A DNA stretch of 63,779 nt, filler included, from Folioceros fuciformis (taxonomy: Eukaryota), in assembly GCA_049999805.1 (NCBI GenBank). It is 9 parts of 9 records of this genome, joined end to end, with 100 filler letters (N's around TTAATTAATTAA, not from the genome) between each part and the next. Parts side by side here need not be neighbours in the genome. Positions count along the whole stretch, not along the records: positions 33,385 to 36,618 come from JBNGIO010002000.1; positions 36,719 to 61,026 come from JBNGIO010002001.1; 7 more parts are not named here. The stretch is one strand, 5' to 3'. Made by a program: the position numbers and the translations under genes. Below, piece by piece: positions 34,770 through 47,278 of this stretch. How positions within the stretch are numbered: the first letter of the stretch is position 1; the number at the start of each line of letters is the position of its first letter. The notes below the pieces were generated by a model that was not told where the DNA came from, searched no databases, and saw only the letters and a program-made list of their open reading frames with translations.

Positions 34770-35540
34770 TAGGTTTGGCCCACCGCTTAGCGTTTTCTCT
34801 CTCTAAATGCGATTGTGGGGTTGCCATTGTCGACACAGGCTCCCATTTGGGGCATTGTCTCACTGGGGGGCACCATATTGCCATCTATGATACAGTTCAG
34901 GATGTCATCTTCTCAATGGTTAGGAGTGTGGGTTTCTTCCGTACAAGGAGCATCCATATGTGCAATGGGGATTCATTGAGAGCCGACCTTTTTTTCACTA
35001 GGGGGGAACAAGTTTATGTCGTTGATATGGTTGTTACAAATTTCGCTAGGAAGTCGATTTGCAAGCACATCATCATCAACCCCCTTGAATGGTCAGCGGA
35101 GGGTTGTGCAATCGCCAAAGTCCATGAGTATTTTTTTTGCAAGATGGGCATGTTTTCATCCCCTTACTCATGAGATTTATGGGGCTATGGGCAAGGATTT
35201 TTCAAGGAGTGCACCAAGGTTTATCAGAGTCACAGGAAGGATGTTCTCCCTCTTTCCTTTGTGGTGGCCTTCTTTCGACAATGCATATCCACCGCTTTGC
35301 AAAGAGCTTCGGCCAACGTAGTTTTAAGAACAGCAACAAGTGCAGGTTGAGTAGCTTTTTCAGCATTGGTGGTACGTAGGCCTTTTGTTATTCCACATCA
35401 TAACATTTTAGATAGTTTTTGAAAATATTGTTTGAAGGGACTAGTACCCCCTTTGGCCTTGCTCGGGTTGTTCCTCCAATCTTTGGAGTAGATAGGACTT
35501 TTTATCTCTTTTTCAATAATAAATAATAATAAATAAGAAC
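34770..35540 (+). mobile_element. 3' remnant of a non-LTR retrotransposon with restriction-like endonuclease (CRE/R2-type), frameshifted
   Basis: CDCG..(8)..HLGHC..GG CCHC knuckle, IYDTVQD (degenerate RHD/RHN position), RADL...VVD (PD..D), AIAKV (K), then FHPLTHEIYGAMG in a shifted frame. An AAT-rich tail follows at ~35514-35537. Confidence 0.7.
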
Positions 35541-37321
35541 TAAAGACATGCACACTTAAAGAGGCATTAGTTTCAATTTTAATAACTACTCTTATGTTTA
35601 AAGTTTATACTGCTTACTTAATTGCTTTTGCTCTTACACACAATTGCTTCTACTTATACGTTGTGTCATAACTCCATGACAATAGATTTCCATCACATTG
35701 AGAGTCATATAGCATGGAACTTTCATTCTCTTTTGCTAGTTTCCATCACCTTAAAAGTCATATCGCATGGAACTTCCATGCCCGTTTTGATGGCTTCATT
35801 CCTAAGTGGCATAGATTGCTTCTTGTTGCACAATTTGTTTGATAGGGTAGCTTCTGGGTTTGTTGGGCCAATCACTAACATAGTGTTCTAAGCTTTTATA
35901 AAAGCCTTCATGCTGTCATTGTTCTACTCCCTTGTCCTCTTGCTCTTGTGCTCTTGCCCTGGTGCGCTGAGCTGATACGGTGCAATATGATTATTAACTT
36001 CCATTTTTTACCAAAATAAAAATTAATATCATCACACCTCTAGACAAAAATGGCCGCGCAAAAATTGCTGGTGCTCATGTAAAACATTTCAAACTACGAA
36101 TAGTTTTAGCGTGTACATATGTAGGTAGGTTGTTGCTCTGGAATTACATGAATACGAGGCAAAGCCAGTCGGAGGCTTTTCATATGATAGGCTCGACAGC
36201 AAGAGCCTATGACACCTTTCAGACGCGGGTCGCAGTGAGACAGAGAAGTTGGGAATAGTCACGGCTCAGGTCCTCGAAGGAGCTGCGTCGCTGCTTGGCT
36301 GGGCCCCCGTGAAGGCGGCTTGCAAACCCTCCCTTCAATCGAACCGATCGCGGGAGGCCATCAGCCGCTCACTGGATCCTGAGGCCAATTTGAGCGGAAG
36401 CTACTGGGAAGCTCCACGCAAGGACGAGAAGGGCGAGGCGAAGAAGCAATCGAGGGAAGCGTGATGGCAGATCCGAATTTCCTCACATTTGTGGCAATTT
36501 TGGACACACCATGGCCTGCTTTCTGCCGGGAATATGATAGTGGAGCGCAGATTCCGGGCTGGGTGGACATGTTTGCAATTCGGCCCCTTTGCATTTAGAT
36601 CAGTGGTATGAATTGAAGNNNNNNNNNNNNNNNNNNNNNNNNNNNNNNNNNNNNNNNNNNNNTTAATTAATTAANNNNNNNNNNNNNNNNNNNNNNNNNN
36701 NNNNNNNNNNNNNNNNNNGTTGTGGACTTAGGCTAGAAAATAGGAATGTTGTGACTTAGCGACGGTGGTGGCAGCCGAACCATCGTCGCGGAAAACCAAA
36801 CGGCGGTAACTGAACCCGGATGGCCTGACAGGGATAAAATCCAGAGAGAAAACTCAAGTTTAATTTTCAAACAGGAGCGCAACCGTGGTAAGTGGAGAGC
36901 GATCGAGGTGGACGAGCGACGGTCAGGAGCGCAACTGCGGCCAGTGAAGGCAGGAGCGGCGGCGGTCGACCAGAAGAGCGCGGAGCATCGGCGACCGAAC
37001 CCGCGACAAGCAGACACAGGGAGAGATGGCGCGTGAGGGAGGAGCATCGCGGCTAATATGAGTGGACGGCACATAGGAGCAGCCTCATCCGCCAAGGGTC
37101 GAAACGGTCTTCTGGCCAAACATAAAGCACTAGTGGGTTAGGGTCGGAGGACTGGTGGAGGAGCTGGGCCTCGGGTCATGACCCAGCGCTGAAATCGCGC
37201 AGCCCCAAGTTTGGTGCAGGAATGCACTTAGTGGCTTAGGAGCCTGGCTAGAGAAGAGGGGATTCGAGGGAACCCGTAGGAGTGGAACCTGAACATGGTG
37301 AGGAGGGTGTAAAGACGCAGC

Positions 37322-38720
37322 GTGGAGGAGGAAGGGGGACTTGTCCTCGAGTCTCTGAAGAAGATGAGCACGGCAGCAGCGGCGCTGGCGCTGTTCAAAA
37401 CGGGAATCGTGAGGGAAGCCAATGGGTGGCTGGACAGGAATTTGCCGACGGCCCAACTGATGGGGCTGGTGAGGTGGCTCCTCTACTTCCTACAGATTTG
37501 GAAGCAAGACTACCTCTCTGACCAGATGCTGCTATTTGTGCATGAGGTGGTCAAGGGTAGCCGGGTGGATTGGGGCAGGATCCTGTATGACATGATGAGT
37601 GAAGAGAGGCAGAACCTGGTCTCGTACTCACCCCGACCATCCCTGATTTCTCCATTTCTTGTTCATTTTTATTGCCATGCTAACCTTCTGTCTGAGGTGG
37701 AAGTAATCGCCTCATTGCACATGTGGAAGCCCCTCCGGGAGATAAAATGGAAACCTGTGGAGCCAAAGGAAGTGGACTCCAGTAGCTGGGAGGCTGAGGG
37801 GACAGAGAGCTCAAAGGAAGAGATCCCGTCTAGCACGAAAAGGAAGGCAGGGACAGGACGGAGGACCCCTGCCAAGCGGCAGAGGAATGTTGGCCAGGTT
37901 GCCAGGAGAACGAGAGAAGCTGCGCAGCAAGAGGCTATCCATAAGCAGGTCGAAAGGGAGCAGGAGGCGCCCCAAGAACAGTCACCAGAGAAGGATACGA
38001 CCCCGGCAGAGGTGAAGGCCGAGTTAGGGCCGGCTCAGGTGCAAGAACCCTTCCCGGGATGGGAGGGGATTTTTAGGAGTGGCCCTTTGACAACCAGGCT
38101 GCAAGTGGAGAACCTGGCAAGAGTTTGTGAGATGCTGGGACAACAGGTCAGCGGGAGGAGAATGACATCGGAAGGTGAATCGCAGCAGGTAGACCTGTTG
38201 GGCTTGACCGCGGCGATGGTTCAAGCCCAGGTGGAGGTGTTGGACCAAGCTGCCAGGGCTTTGACCACGTTGATCATGTAGGGTGAGAAGGAGGCCGAGG
38301 GCCGGTAAAGGTTAGCCGAGTCGGAGGCGAGTCGACAACTCTTGGAAGAGACCCGACGGACCTTAAGTGCGGCCAAGGAGCACGTAGAGGAGGAAACCCG
38401 CCAAGCAAGGAGAGAGGTATAGGCGCTGAAGAAGCAGCAGGAGACACTCCTGGCTCAGGTGAGAGAGGCCCATGGGACTAATCAAGTGATGCAACAGGAG
38501 TTATTAAGGGTCCATGAGCAGGAAGCATTTGCGGTGGAGCGAATGCAGAAACTGGTGGAAAGGTACAAGTAGGAGCGAGACGAGGCCCAAGACAGAGTGA
38601 AGGAGAAGGCCCGGGCCTGGCAGAGTAGTCGAGTCACAACGTCGGTAGCTGAAGAAGCTACCGGTCGTGGAGCGGCAACGCCGATAATCGAGACCCCAAC
38701 CCTAGTAGCTGAACGACCTG
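37322..38720 (+). pseudogene. Degraded copy of the TE-associated coiled-coil ORF (paralog of 5446-6854)
   Basis: Similarity continues past the stop at 38281 through further in-frame stops (e.g. 38420, 38570): TLLAQVREAH.TN..MQQE...YK.ERDEA..RVK.K. Confidence 0.72.
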
Positions 38721-40083
38721 TCTGAACGTATATGGTTGAATTGAGGTCCTTACACTATGACCGTTGGATTGAAGCATAAAAATTGTGAAACTTTTGTTAC
38801 CTAAGAAAGGTGCTACAAAATCAAATGTAATTCAAAATTCAGAAAAATTAGAAAAGAAATGATATAATATAGTACCCTCTTCAGGTTGTTACTCTTCATG
38901 TTCATAGATGGGTTTCCCTTGAGTTTTTCCATCAATGCAATCCCTCTTGTTCTTACTCCTCTTCTTTAGGGTAGATGGGATTTTCCATCAGTTTTTGAAG
39001 AATGTATATCACCTCTTACAATATAACATTGAGAAGAACACAAACAAGTAAGTCTGAATGCCAATTATAGTTATGTTACCAATGAGGAAAGAGGAAAGTT
39101 AGACCACATGAATGCAAGTATCTACGACTAACCCAAGATAATAAAGCTCATGGCATATCCAAATCATACCCAAGGTAACAATCTTCAACTTGAAAATATG
39201 CAGTAATTGAATTAAGACATTTTTTCTTCAGCAACTCATCTCGGATGTATTGAATACAATATTGACATTGACGCTTTGTGTGCATTGTAGGTTTTGTATC
39301 TCCTTTTGAGTAACAAGCAATAGTAACATGAAGAGTGACATGTAGTTCTCTTATGTCTGGATTTTTTTGCAACTCAGTATTATATGTCAATCTAATTGGA
39401 ATCTTGTCTGGAAATCTTTGATATGCTTCATTGCTAGATTGAACAAGCCCGAAATTAATGAATTGTATTACTTGCGAGGTAGTGACATTGAGAGCACATG
39501 ATCTTGCAACAAAATCCGTTAGAGGAGACAAATCCGGCCCGAACACTTCGTCTGAGGTGATTATGGTCTTCGAGAAAAAATTCCGAATTAATGAGAACCC
39601 ATATCATAATACCGAGGATCATAGTTGTTGTTGATGTTTTGATTAGTACATGATTTTATCAATCATTTTTGCTAATATTTAGAAAAATATTGATGTTTAA
39701 CAAATATAATATTTATCAATTATTTTTGGCTGATAGTTAGAAAAATATTAATGTTTGACAAGCATAATGACACTGCTAAGTGTACAAGGATGTTAATGTT
39801 GAAAAAGACAAAATGATACCTCTAAAATGAACATAAGTAATGAAATAGCCCTTCATCTATTTACGGGATTGCAGTTTCATAAAATGAAAATCTTCGACCG
39901 GAGAGAACGTGAAACATGTATGATTATATAGAGGGAAAGAATTTTATTTATGCTAAGAATATCTTGGAAAAGAAAGGTATAATGTTTTGTTTTAAAATAT
40001 GTTTTTATATAAAAGATTGAAATATGCATTTATTCCAAGCATCCAATAGACCTACGTTAGCGGGGAGCAGCTGGGAGCTGCAG

Positions 40084-40448
40084 GGGAGAATCTCGTGGCC
40101 GTCAGTCTGGACTGTTGCCCTTTTACTTGGATCCCGGAATAGTGTACTCGATGTGCTGGAACTGTTGCCCTTACTGGATTGATCCCGGACTACAGCACTC
40201 GATGTGCTGGAGGAAGTGGGGGAAGGATCTTGGAAGCCTTGCGGGAGGTGAAATCGTAATGCCGCCTGGTCTCCCAGCGTTGTGTGAAATGGTGCTCTCG
40301 TTATCGGATTCTTTCGCCGGAATGTCGTTTTCCAAGGTTTCCTGATGGAGTGATAGACCTACCGGCAGCCTCCTCGCTGCCAGCTACTGTTCGAGCCGCT
40401 GGCCCACCGGGAGAATCCTCGTGGCTGTCAGTCTGGACTGTTGCCCTT
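40084..40448 (+). repeat. Short direct-repeat cluster: ~50-bp tandem pair plus a ~38-bp repeat ~325 bp downstream
   Basis: ggagaatc(c)tcgtggc.gtcagtctggactgttgccctt occurs at ~40084 and ~40410. ctgga(a)ctgttgccctt...gatcccgga...actcgatgtg occurs twice in tandem at 40107-40210. Confidence 0.75.
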
Positions 40449-41047
40449 AATGGCTTTGGCAGATGGACAAAAAAGACATTCCGGGCAATCGCGGAAGGTC
40501 ATTACATGCAAGAGGCCAAGGGCATGGATTAAAGGCCACGTCATCCGCGATGAACGTCCTCCGAAGACGGATGGACGTGGCTGTCCTTTCTGGGTGAGCG
40601 CACATGTGTCTGGCCGGCCTTCAGGGATCGATATGGATGTCTTCCAAAGCTGTCTGGAAATCCACTGAGGAGTGCTAGTGGCCGCACTGATGGTGGATTT
40701 TGCGCACTATGTGACATTTCCAACGTTTTATGGCCTAAAGCCAGCGCCCGTATGTGCTGCGTTGTGGCAGCCTGGTTTTGTCGATAAGCGATGTGATTTT
40801 CGTACAGTTGCCTGACTGTGTTGGCTCATTAGCAGACGAGAGTTGCAGAACCATCTGTGGGGCGCTTCGATCTCGGTTCTCGACCTAATTGTTTCTTCCA
40901 CCAGCAGTTCTTCTAAGAAGGCTGCTGAAACGTGGGCATGCGCTGAAGAGGGACTCCCAGGTTACTGTCCATGCATGGCTACAGACGGGAGTGCGCGCAG
41001 AATTTTCGTCGCCGTCAGCTGAATGCTTGGGCTTGAGCTGCAGGAGC

Positions 41048-42807
41048 ATGGCATTCAGATGGCAGGTTCCGCAAGGAGTGGTCTTGGGTGTCTTGAACTT
41101 GGCAGCAATGTTGGAGCACGCAGACGAGGCCTTGGTCCCAGCTGTGTATGCGGAGATGGGTCTGGTTTTTGGAGTAGGACCCACGGCACTGGGATCCCTT
41201 ACGTTTGTGAGAGCTCTGGTGCAGGCTCTCACGTCGCCCTTGTCCGCGTATTTGTCAACCCGGTACAACAGAGCACACGTGATTAGTATGGGGTGCGTGG
41301 TCTGGGGCACTGCTACTGCGCTTGTGGGCCTTTCCACTGCCTACTGGCAGGTCTTCAACCCTACTCCAATTGTTCTGCTGTCTGATGCCATGGCTTCAAT
41401 GCGACTGCTTCGATGTTTCTGCGTCTCTCAGACAGTAGTAGGCTTCATTTTGCGCAGGCAATTCTGGCCCGGGCTGTCAACGGAGTAGGTCTTGCGGTGG
41501 TTGTTCCAGCCATGCAGTCGTTGGTGGCAGATTTCCACAAAGACGAGGATCGGGGAATGGCTTTTGGATGGATGCATGGAGCTGGACAGATTGGGACTGT
41601 TGCAGGTGGTATATTCGCCACTGTGATGGGGCCTCACACCGTCATGGGAGTTGGCGGTTGGAGGGTTGCTTTTGTTGTTGTGGCTCTGTTGGGCTGGCTA
41701 GTTGGTGCTGCAGTCTCCACTACTGTGAACGATCCCTTTCACTCTCAACAAAGTTACGATCGGCTCGGGTGTGTATTTTCTGGGATGCAGTTGCTTTGTA
41801 TATGCTTTTTGGTGCTTGTGAGATAGCATTGGGAAATCGGGTTGTGATCAGCCACTTGAATGCTTGTCAACAGTGTGAACCCGGAGCTTGTGGTGGACAC
41901 GGTGGAGCAGAAGGAGACGAAGCAGCAGCCATTCACGCACCAGGAAATATGGGATGGGACCAAGACTGTCTTGTCTATCCGGACATTTCAGGTGATTGTT
42001 GCCCAAGGGATTGTGGGTTCCACCCCATGGAATGCAATGGTCTTTCTCACATTATGGATGGAGTTGCTAGGATTTTCCCACGGTTTATCTGCCTTTCTTG
42101 TAGCCCTACTGTCCCTGGGAAATGCAGGGGGGTCTGTATTCGGTGGATGGCTCGGCGATCAAGCAGCATACCACTTCCCTGATTCTGGCAGAATCATGTG
42201 CTCTCAGTTCAGTGCAGGGATTGGCATTCCCCTTGCTGCCCTTCTCCTTTTAGGACTTCCTAAAGATTCAGGCGCTGCATGGATCTATGCAATAGTGCTT
42301 TTGTCCATGGGATTCCTTATGTCCTGGAACTCCCCTGCCACTAACTGGCCAATTTTCTCCGAGATTGTTCCCGACCAGCTTCGTACCACAGTGTATGCAT
42401 TGGACATGGCCCTGGAGAAGTCACTGGCGGCGGCAGGGGCACCACTGGTGGGGATTCTGGCGGAGCATGCATTCAGCTTCCACAAGGTTGAGAAGGATAG
42501 AGATGGAACCGTTTCCAAGGATCTGGTCAACGCGAACGCTTTGGGCCATGGGCTCTATTTCTGCATAGCGGTGCCGTTCCTGTTGTGTGTTCTTGTCATC
42601 ACGCTGTTGTACCGCACGTACCCAAGGGACAGGGATCGGGTGCGGACCATGAGCACCTCATTGGACGATGGCAAGGCCCTGCAAATGGAGGACATTTCTA
42701 GGCAAGTTTTGCGAGACTGGGATGAAACTTGGAACGCTTTGTTGGAGGACGCGGCAGAAGATACTGCGTTCACAGACAGATCTACGCTGATAACACCTAC
42801 GCCCTGA
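41048..42807 (+). CDS. Major facilitator superfamily transporter (Spinster-like plant MFS), 3 exons
   Basis: NLAAMLEHADEALVPAVY, RYNRAHVI..G, RAVNGVGLA.VVPAMQSLVAD, DRGMAFGW, FQVIVAQG..GS.PW, P.TN.PIFSEIVP, LYRTYPRDR, plus multiple hydrophobic segments. Confidence 0.92.
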
Positions 42808-43163
42808 AGCACTCCTTGAAGGTGTACTCTTAGTCAATTTTTGCTATGTATAATGGAAAGTTTTCAACAGTGTGTAAGCAAAAATTCTCTTTTCCACAGG
42901 GCGATTTCAGAAACTTCCGTTGGAAATTGTCGGCTCTACAACGTGTTTCAACAACACCCTTGCTGCAAATATGTCTTTCATGCCTCATCTTCCTAAGATT
43001 TCCTCATAGCACCACGTCATAGCGAAAGCCTCTACCAGTTTCCAGGCACTCAAAATCCAGAACCTGGCCAAATATGCCACCATCTGTCAGTCATGGCAGT
43101 TTTGTTTGAAAATTACGATCCTACTAGTCCTGTGGAATCTGATATCTTTCCACCAGAGCGGCT

Positions 43164-45540
43164 TCATCCCATCGTGTAAGACGCCGATGGGAGATTGATG
43201 ACTGTGCTTTTGGTTTTCGTCATCATGTTTATACTGTTGGTGATACCTTGTGATCCGATACCACTGTCTCGCAGCCCCTGTGGACCATGGACACAAATTT
43301 TGTTAGAAATCTGTCGCGGATCAGACACCTCAAATCTTAAACCAGGAGAGCAGAGAGACATGTCCCGACCTGGAAAGGGAAATGGTCAGGTCCTCTAGCG
43401 GGAGCAGAATTGATTTGTACAGTTCCTGTCTCCATTGCGTCACTGATCAGGATAGCTTTGTTGATATCCTTGGTGAAGACACAACCCTGTTCCATCCCAT
43501 CCAGTAGTAGTCAGCGTGGTACAAGCGAGGTCGGAAAGAAAGCGACTGAAGTGAGGAAGTTGTAAGTAATTGCTCAAGCAAAAGTCACAAAATCAGAGGC
43601 CATGCCTGAAGGGCGAAGTTGTTGGCATTGCAGTGGTGGATTCCCTCCTCCACATTCTTGATGCGGATGACAGGCAGGACAGGGCCGAAAGGCTCTTCCC
43701 AAGCCAGCCTCATATCAGGTCTAACATGGTCAACAAGCAAAGGCCAGATTAAGTTGCCATCACGCTTGTAGTCCTGCCAGAATTTGGCACCCTTGTCCTT
43801 GGCATCCTTGACAAGGCCCTCGATAAAGTTGGCAGAGGATTCGCTGACAACAGGGGTAATGTCGCAGTCATCCTCTGGGGCACCAACAGTCAGCTTAGAT
43901 ACTTTGTTGTTCACCTTAGACACTAGGGCATCAGCAACAGCCTCCATAACAAGGACAACCTTCACGGCTGTACATCTTTGGCCACTGCAGTGACAAGAGG
44001 ATTCGTTGTTAGCAACTGACAGCAGATTGTCTCAAAAATAGATACTCTGATACAAGATGCTCTCGAGAAACACGTACCTGTAGGAGAAACCCCCCTTGAC
44101 AATGTTAGCTGCTGCAAGTTCAAGGTCAGCGTCTTCTAGAACAATGCAGGCGTCTTTCCCACCCAGTTCCATCTGAAGAGGCACCATGCCTGCTTTCTTA
44201 GAGATGGCGATGCCGGTATCCCCTCCTGTGAAGCTGCGCATAGCCAAAAAAAACCAGTCCATCAGTAGACATAGACAAAGAGAGCGGAAAAAGCATCGTG
44301 TAAGGGCAGGAGCTATCGACCGAGGACCTGATGCAGTTCACCAATGGGTGCATGGTCAGAAAGTCCCCGATCTCGGATCCCTTGCCCGTGATGGCACTAA
44401 TCAACCCCTTGGGGAATCCTGCGAGATGGAAGCAATGCACCATGTGCAGGGCAGCAACCGCGCCCTGGGCACGAAGCAGACAACGTTAGGCACATTGGAG
44501 AAACACACGACCGTCCTCGAAGGGGGCATGCCACATTTTCACCTGCGTTGGAGGCTTCAACACCAGGGCATTGCCAGCTATGAGGGCTGGCGCAATCTTA
44601 GAGACGGCCAAATTGACGGGGTAATTGAAGGGGGGGATAGCGAGCACAACTCCCAAGGGGATCTGCACATCCTCATGCATATGAGTAACCAGAAGCAAGC
44701 ATGGCATGACAAGGACGCATCTCCAAAATGCACGACACACACAAGAAAACAATACTCACCCTGGAAGCCAAGCACAACTTGTTTCTGTCATTTCCAGGAA
44801 AGCTGTCGGACGCCAAGAAGCGGCCTTCCACCAGAATCCTAACCCCCTCTTCCGCCGTGTACGATATGAGATCACCAGACCGCACGACCTGCCAGCAACA
44901 GCAACAGCAAGAGCATCGAAGGTGACCAGGTGTACCACACCACGCCACACCACACGACCGACATGTATCCGGTCCTAGACACGCTGCCGCACACTCACTT
45001 CTGCACAGCATAGTATTACCTCAGTGACGGAGTCTTTGGCGGGCTTGGACACCTCCTTCACCAGGCACTCGGCAATGGGTCCTTTATTCTCCTTCAAGAT
45101 AGCAGCGGCCTTGTGCAGCGTCTCCGCCCTCTTCCAGAGCGGCGTCTTGGCCCAGAGCTTCTGAGCTGCCTTGGCACTCTCCATCACCTTGTTCACCTCA
45201 TCCTGGGTACAGGCTGGCGCGGCCCAGGCAAACAAGAGAGCGGTGAGCAGCGACGCATGCAAGCAGGTGGCTCCCAATCCCGGCCCCACAGGCACAGGCC
45301 CATGCCCAGGCCCAGGCGCCCGGCCTGGGCCCGAATTAGCCACACCCGGGCACGGCTCAAGGCTCAAGGCAAGGCAAGGCAAGCTCCTCGCTCACCTTGC
45401 ACCTTGTACTGCACTTTCCGAGTGGCCGGATTGAAAATCTGCACGGAGGCCTTGGACGCCGACTTCTTCCACTCGCCGTCGGCATAGTACTTGTACACGT
45501 CCCCGTCGATGATCTCGCTGAAGACCCCAGTTCCAGCCAT
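43164..45540 (-). CDS. GAPN: NADP-dependent non-phosphorylating glyceraldehyde-3-phosphate dehydrogenase (ALDH11), multi-exon
   Basis: MAGTGVF...[60 protein letters not shown] (catalytic Cys); [21 protein letters not shown]. Confidence 0.96.
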
Positions 45541-47278
45541 GGTGGCTCGGGTGATGACGCCTAGACGATGGCAACCCGACGGCCTGCAGCCCGCTGGCAC
45601 ACTCCCGATCCCTCCCCCTCCCGATCCAATTCCAAGCAGCGCCAACTCGCCTCGCCCGCTCGCCTGCTAAGGCAACGAGGCAGGGGAGGAGCGCGGGCAG
45701 GCACGTCGACGCAGGGCAGGAGGAGGAGGAGAAGGCTGGTGCGCTACAACGGGCAGGGGCGGAATTGGCAGGCGCGACAGCGAGAAGAACGAGACGTGTG
45801 GCTGGCGAGCAGAGATTTAGCCGGGCGCCGCGGACAGGGGAATTGGAGGAAGGCCCGGGGCAATCATTCAGTCAGTGCCTCGGTGTGAAAGCGCAAGTGA
45901 GCCCCACATGCGCCCGGGAGAGAGAATGTGCGTGCGAGAGCGAGAGGAAGAGAGAGCAGCTGTGCAGCAGCAGCACCGGCCGCAGGAGCGGGAGGAAGCA
46001 ACAGGACGAGCACCAGGAACAGCAAAGGAGCATCGTCCACACAGGCACCTTCGAAGAAACAGCAGCAGCAGACGCCGGGAGCCTCGGCCTTGACTACACT
46101 GCACTGCACTGCACTGGAGGCGAGCAAGGCTTGCAAGGCCAGGCCAGGCCAGGCCAGAGCGAACGGTCTGCACCACGATTGGCTCTCGGCCTCTGCAGCC
46201 GGGCCCCGCCTCTTGTCCACGGCGGTTATTCCACCATCGCAGCGCTTTGGCGAACGACGCGTCTCCTAAACTTCTTCAACGCACCTCTGCCACTAACTTG
46301 CCTGTCGCTTTGTCCCAATTCCACCCATATTTCACCAACAAGTATTTTTATTGCGCGTCTCTTTTCTGACAGTTATAGGACGTACGGTCTACGGTTTACA
46401 GCAAGTTGCAAATCTGTCGTAATTGCATTGCCTGCTGTCTTCATTACCAGGGCCAGGGCCTGGGACTGGACCGGGCTTGCCTTCCATGTTTGGTGCTCTC
46501 GTACTTGATGCAACATATCCGTGTACCTTCGCCGCCTAGGTAGGTGGCCGCCACTCTGTGCCGGGCTGCGCTGGTATGCCATGTACACGGCCTCTCGTGA
46601 GACCGCGCCATGCCCACACAAAGTGGCTCGTTCACCTGCACTGCTTTCCATACACTAAGTTGCGAGACATCACCATGACACCACGTCGTCAGCAGAAGGA
46701 AGCTTCCCCAGAACCTGCCTCTCCAGCTGTCTCGTTTTCATAGACTGTGGCTACATGTCATGCCATGTTGTAAGATGCCACAGACAAGGAAGCGCTGATG
46801 CTTCCGGTTGTCGGAGATTTGGCATCTTTGTTGAGCATATTCGCTGCTCACCTTCTCCAGAATGGCTCCCTGAACGTGTCAATATCCATGCAAGACGAGC
46901 CGGTCTGCAGTTCCACAGCTTTTGATACGCAGGTCAAAGAGTGGACGACGGAAACGGTGTATGTTTGGTACAGTTGAGCAGGATTAAGCTCGTGACCCGA
47001 CCCCCCCGGGTTGCTGTGGATGAAGTGTCTTTCGCTCCATCTTCCTCCTGCCGAAGGAACACGTGGTCATGGCACCGACGCAATGCCTACGTTTCTGTGT
47101 TGTTCCACCTGAGCTGCTAAGCTGGAATAGCAAACAGCAACCTGCTTTCCACACACCTGCTTATGCAATATGTACATACTATTGTGCTACAGCCTGGAGT
47201 GAGTGAGAATGTCTCATGCACAGCTCCTGAGGTGATTCTGGTTGGCACCACCAAGAACAGGCGGCAGCAGCAGCAGCT

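Noticed and set aside
36140-36618. GC-richer segment at a contig end, possibly the start of a gene or TE
   Set aside because: Too short and truncated; no motif I can identify.
45765-46508. 247-aa ORF upstream of GAPN
   Set aside because: Built from microsatellite-rich GC sequence (gcact, caggc, cag repeats) with no domain signal; likely intergenic or UTR.
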